Assembly: GCA_010909165.1 (NCBI GenBank)
Contig: VJWM01000135.1
Span: 372,001 to 436,000, forward strand
Source: Anthoceros angustus
Lineage: Eukaryota > Plantae > Anthocerotophyta
Reading direction: 5' to 3'
Length of the DNA: 64,000 nucleotides
The notes beneath the pieces were generated by a model that did not search any database, had not been told where the DNA came from, and saw nothing but the letters and a program-made list of their open reading frames with translations. Below are positions 58,850 to 64,000 of this stretch, piece after piece. The translations under genes and the position numbers were made by a program. The stretch's first letter is position 1. Every line of letters starts with the position of its first letter.

Positions 58850-61800
58850 ATAAATGACCTTCCCTTCGCCGCCGCCTTTGGGAGTAACCGGGCTGAAGGC
58901 GCCCGTCTGTGAATCGAGGTCTCGCATGGCTTACTTCGACCTACGCCCGCCTTCCGCCTTACGCCACAGCTGGCCTTACGCCGCATGCGCTGTGAATACC
59001 GCTATAACGGCCCTCGCAAGCGGCCCCGGCTGCGCCGATGCCCGACCTCCACCTGTGGCCGCCCACGTGGCGCCGCCTAGTCCTCACGCCCACTCAACTT
59101 CTAAGTTACTCGCGTATTTATCCTGCTTGACCCGAGTGGGTCCGACTTATCCTGCTACCCGTCGAGTCCTGGCCATAGTAGGTCCGGTACGTTGCCCACT
59201 CCGAGTCCGAGTATACTCCGAGTCCCCGAGTGCTATCCATGCTTATTCCTCCTTTTCGCCTCATTTTATCCTTGCTCCTACAAAAAACAAACCCTACCTA
59301 ATTTCTAACCCCAAGGGAAGTCCGTAGTCCACATACTCCTTCTCATCTCACATGCCTCCGCCAACACTAGGCATACTTTTCACCGCCACCTGCTCACCCG
59401 AGTGGCGCACACCATCCAACCGTCGAACGGACCCATCGCATTGCACCACTTGGTAAGGTCCCATCCATCGAGGTGGAGTTTACCCGAAGTGCATATGCAT
59501 CGAAAGAAGGGCCAAATCTCCTCCTTCACATACTCCCGATTCCGGCGCCTGCCATGCCACCATGCTGATTCTGTACTGCCAGCTGCCGCGCTCTTCCCGA
59601 CCTCCGATGTCGAACAAACCCTAGCAACGCCTCCAGCTTGGTTTCTTCATCCGTTAAGCGCCTCCATCATGACCGGTGTTGGCACCTCAAACGACCGCAT
59701 AACGGTGAGTGCCCATAGACCGTAATACGGAGTTCACGTGGTTACCTTCTCCGCCGCTCAACGCCCATAGCTACCGATGGTAGCTTTGTATCCCGCATAT
59801 AGTTAACCGTAAGCTTATTGAGGATGCGCAGATAAGTCCGCTGGTCTTCTCCACAATCCGCTGGCCTCTGGGTTGTAGGGGCGTTTCACGATGTGTGATG
59901 CCAAATAGTCCGTCATTGCGCTTATCACATCATTGAGGAAATGGGTTCCCCTATCGCCACAAATGCAACGACACCCATACCTTGTGATGATGTTTTCAGA
60001 GGAATTTGGCCACCGTGCAGAGTCCGCTCAGTAGCGACCGCCCACCCACCGGTGCGAGTCCGCTGCCACCAAGATGTACCGCTTTTGTGTGTGCCTCGCT
60101 ATCGATAGGTCCAACGGGTCGATGCCCCACTTCTCAAAAGGCGCTAGTGCATGGGCACCAACGGCCATTGTGTTGTGGGTCGGCTTCCGATCCACGACAA
60201 GCATCACACTTCTTCAAATTGGTGTGTTTCCCCATACATGGTGGGCCACCAAGACCTCCAAGATTTTCTTGGTGGTGACTAGCATAATGTCCACCACCTA
60301 GTCCTTCGTGCATCCCTTTATTACCACCTCCGCTCACTGCTGGAGGTACCTGCTCCACGCCATCCGCCCCACCTTAAAGATGCAACCGCTATACAACAAA
60401 AGGGCGAGCGAGTGCACAAAGGCTCCGCAGACCCGGCTCACCTGCTTGGTAGCTCCATCTCCCATAGGTACTGCTCCAACTCCATAAGAGGGCCCGGCCC
60501 GCCTCCTTCTCCGCCAGGGTCCGCTGCACTTTTAGGGTTTGTCCTACTGCTTCCTCCGCCTTCCTCTATCGCCACCAATTCCTCATCCGGAAGGCGCCTC
60601 CGATCCCGCAGATGCCCGCTTTAACTGACAAGAAGTCGCTTGGTGTTGCCGCCTGCCTAGTCTCCACCTCAAATGTGAACTCCTCAGAGCAATGTAATCC
60701 ACCTCGCACCGTCCCGACAAGTCCGCTTTTGTTCACCAAATGCTTGAGCGATCAACATAGAACACAAACTCATGTATGTAGTGCCCGAATTTCTTAACGC
60801 GATACCATTCCCCAATGCCTCGCCTCCGTAGTAGTGTACCTCGCATGCGTGAGCCGCCTTCCGCCGTAGTAGATTGGGTGATCCTCCGCTTATCGCCTTT
60901 TTTGATCGAGCACTACCCGATGGCAAGGCCGACACATCCATACATGGAATCGCTCTCCCGTCCTTTGAGTACTGGGCACCGATCGAGTGGTCGAGGTCTC
61001 GAATGCCGCCTCCTGGTGTCCAGTCCATTCTTCCTCCTTCCCGAGTAGCTGCTAGCCCGAGGCCCGCTTGCAAAATCTTGGATGAAACGCCTATAGTAAC
61101 CCACCATGCCTGTGAACTCGAACTCCTTCAAGTTCGGTCAGAGGGATTGGATGACTTTCACCTTGTCTTGATCCACCTCTATCCTCTTACGACACGTGTC
61201 CCAACAAGATTCCTCCCATGCCAAGTAGCATTTCTCCGGATGCGTGCGCTTGAGTCTCCTTACATCGCTCCAAGCACTTCCGCAGATGTCCAACGTGTTT
61301 GTCCTCCTCTGCACGCAAAAGTCGCCCAAGAACACCTCCATGAAGTCCTCAGAATTCTAATTTGGTCACCATCCGCATAAATGATCCGGTGCTCTGCTAT
61401 CCCGGCGCCGCTTAGGCAAACGCCCCACTCCGTGGTGAATGTTGTCTTATCCCGACTTTAGGTGTAATGGTTGGCCGAGTAGCCATCCAAGAAGGAGTAG
61501 GTATCCGCCGCCACCTTGTCCAAAGATGTCGCCACAAAGGGCATGGGAAATGGTCCTTCCGTGGCCAGCTTTTCCACCGGCTGCATCAATGCCCTGCCGC
61601 TTCTTGGCACGACAATGGGCGCCACCCACTCATTGCTCACGATTGGGAAGATGATGTCCGCCTCAGATACTTATCCAGACTTCCTTGACCTTGAGCGAGT
61701 GCTTGGGATTCTTATACCGAATAACTGTGCACCGCCTCGCTTCAGATCTATCCTGTTCACCCCATCGCTTTGGAATGCCCTTCATGTCCGTGACCTTGAA

Positions 61801-64000
61801 GCAACACCTCACCGAATTCCCCAACAATCGGGTGAGGTCTTTTTTCCCTCAATGGCATACCCTTGCGAATTTGGAATTCGGCGGACCTCCACGCCTTCCA
61901 CATCGCCGGATTGACTGCCTCTCTTTCCTCGCTCCGCCACGCCCAAAGCCCCTCCCCCCGGGTTCATCTTCACGCATTCCCCACTCCCGAAGAGCTTGAG
62001 GTGAACCGGGTCACTTTCGGGTCCTCATCCGGGTTCCTCTTCGCCCTCGGTCCCCGTCCACTTCCACTTGAACAATCGATCACCTCCGCCTCCAAAGTGT
62101 CCCTCCTAGTCCATCTTCGACCAATGATTTTGGGAAAGGGTAGTCCTCATTCGTATCCTCGCTCATCGCCCCACTGCCTTCATGGAGGTGTACCGGTGGT
62201 GCGCCACCACAAGATGTGTCCTTACTCCGTGTAATCGCCACCCGTCCCTTCCTCACCTTCTGATCCCACCACGCTTGAAGTGTATTTCCTTCCGTCAAGT
62301 GTAGTTTTGTCCGAGCCTCAGCCAAGGGTCGCCCAACAGACACTCTGAGGTCCGGGTCCGATGACGACAAGTCCAATGTATAGGGGCTCCGCTATGGTGG
62401 CTTGACTCGACAACTCCCTCAAGGCGTGACATGTCCGCCATCCCGAGGGTTTTGGTGGATGGCTCAAGGGTGAACCCCACTGCCTTGCGGGCCTCCTGAT
62501 GAGGTTCACTCGACCCGTGTCCAGAGGCACGTTTTAATCACACACCCCGCACTTCCACCGAACCATCGGCGCCCTGTGGTCCGTATGAGATACTACCTTA
62601 CCTCCACGTTGCCCTTCCCGCCAAGGAGTTCCGCGTGGTTCCCCGATGGCCTCCCGACTTCTCCGATACTGGGTTGTCTTTAACAATCGCCTAAGGGACA
62701 CCAAGTGTTGTTGGTCCATCATCAAGTCGGCCACCTTGAAAGGCGTGGTTCTCCGCCACCGCCCGCCTTGACCTTCCAGCCCGCCACCGCCTGTGGTGGT
62801 CGGACCACTGGGTCCCGCTGAGTTCTTCCTCAAGCATCTCCGCCACTTCCACATCCGGTGGAAGCTGCGTGTTGCCTTGGGTGAGTCCGCTCCCCGAGAC
62901 TCGGGTCTTTTGGGGTTCTCCGGTGTAGCCGCTTAACTCCTGGCGGGTTCGCCTCCTTCGCAGTTCCGCCCTCCGTATCGACTATCCCCCCATTTTCTTC
63001 CTCTTAACTGCCTCTCCTTTCGCCTCCTTTCGCCGGCTGACACTTCCAAGACCTGTGTCCGCCTTCTCCTCCTTAGCCGAACTCGCTTGCATCACTGCCT
63101 GTTCCCTGCCTCCCACTCCGCCACCAGGCCTTCAATCTAGCAGCGCAGCCTTAGGAGGGAGGCGAGGCGGTCGCTCCCCGAGGGTGGCGAGCGCACCGCC
63201 TCGAGCGAGGATTCTGGACACAAGGTACCGCCGCCATGTGCCCTCCATAACTCCACACTGCGCTCAAAGTCCCGCTGCCTTGCCGAGTGGGGTATGGACA
63301 CGCTGGAGTAGTGCCCGGGTTCCCAAGCCCAGCACCACCGCCGCCCGAGAATTCTGGAGGGGCTCCCATGCGGTCTTGCGAGGTCGATGCACGATGACCA
63401 GCGGGGTACATCCCGGGATACCGGGGTCCTGTGGTGCTTCTTGCACTTGGTATGCATCCTCCACGCTCCTGACTCTTCCCGTAGTCATACTCCACCGGTT
63501 CACGGGTCCGAGGCGCTAGCCTCGAATGCCCATGTTGGTGACACACCGCACACCATGATGAGTACGGTGGTGGCCGCCTTCGCCGTTCTTTATCCTTCAC
63601 CGTTGATCGTCAACTCCTCCACCCTCTTCATTACCCGCTAGATCTTCCTCACCCCGCCACTTCCTTCAAAGGAGCTGGTCGGGACCTCTCGCACGGCATG
63701 CATCATGACCTCCTTCTTTTCCACCCTCCCGACCACGGGCTTTTTCTTCTTAATTTTCTGGGGTTCTTCTTCTTCCATGACATCCTGGATTCTTCTTCGA
63801 GTCCTCTTCCTCCGTGCTACCTCGGTCTCATCATCCTCCTCTTCCGAGGGTTCTTCATCTCGAGTCCCACCTCGCTTCTTCTTCTTATTCTTGAGGTTCT
63901 TCTTCTTCGACTCCTCGGATTCTTCTTGAGTCCTCTTCCTCTTCCTCCGATGCTACCTCGGTCTCATCATCCTCCTCTTGGGTTCTTCATCTTGGTCAGG
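58850..64000 (-). mobile_element. Degenerate Ty3/gypsy retrotransposon (gag-pol remnants; continues beyond window end)
   Basis: Integrase DRGTHFLNDVI..PYNP (~59950-59870), RNase H remnant (~60950), RT YSFLDGYS (~61500) and EVF(L/M)GDF (~61335), low-complexity gag at the right end. No LTR confidently delimited. Confidence 0.85.

Overview
Eukaryotic nuclear DNA from a land plant, probably seed-free (inference from short GT/GC-AG introns and the CHIL, MMT and EXA1 homologues). Host genes: EXA1/GIGYF-like (5' part, -), MVD (-), Ycf23/DUF561-like (+), three chalcone-isomerase-fold paralogues (+; one CHIL, one pseudogene broken by a Mutator element, one divergent intact-looking copy), CCR-like SDR (-), BAP31-like (-), C9orf85-like (-), MMT (+) and ICP55 (+). 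Between 22.4 and 38.9 kb is a three-level TE nest: a Copia element contains a Ty3/gypsy element (-), which contains a MULE-like non-autonomous element. The gypsy element is the main discovery. Its pol reads protease - C5 cytosine DNA methyltransferase - RT - RNase H - integrase - PHD finger. It has no tRNA primer site but shows a Tf1-like self-priming signature, and its termini form a split a...b-a-b repeat with a 4-bp TSD. A second, unrelated methyltransferase remnant (beta-class N4C/N6A type) lies at about 56.0-56.8 kb beside a GC-rich repeat array. A CRE/R2-type (RLE) non-LTR remnant is at about 3 kb and a degenerate gypsy fills 58.9-64 kb. Many frameshifts are single-base homopolymer deletions and may be assembly errors. 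All protein calls come from manual translation and motif recognition; no searches were run.
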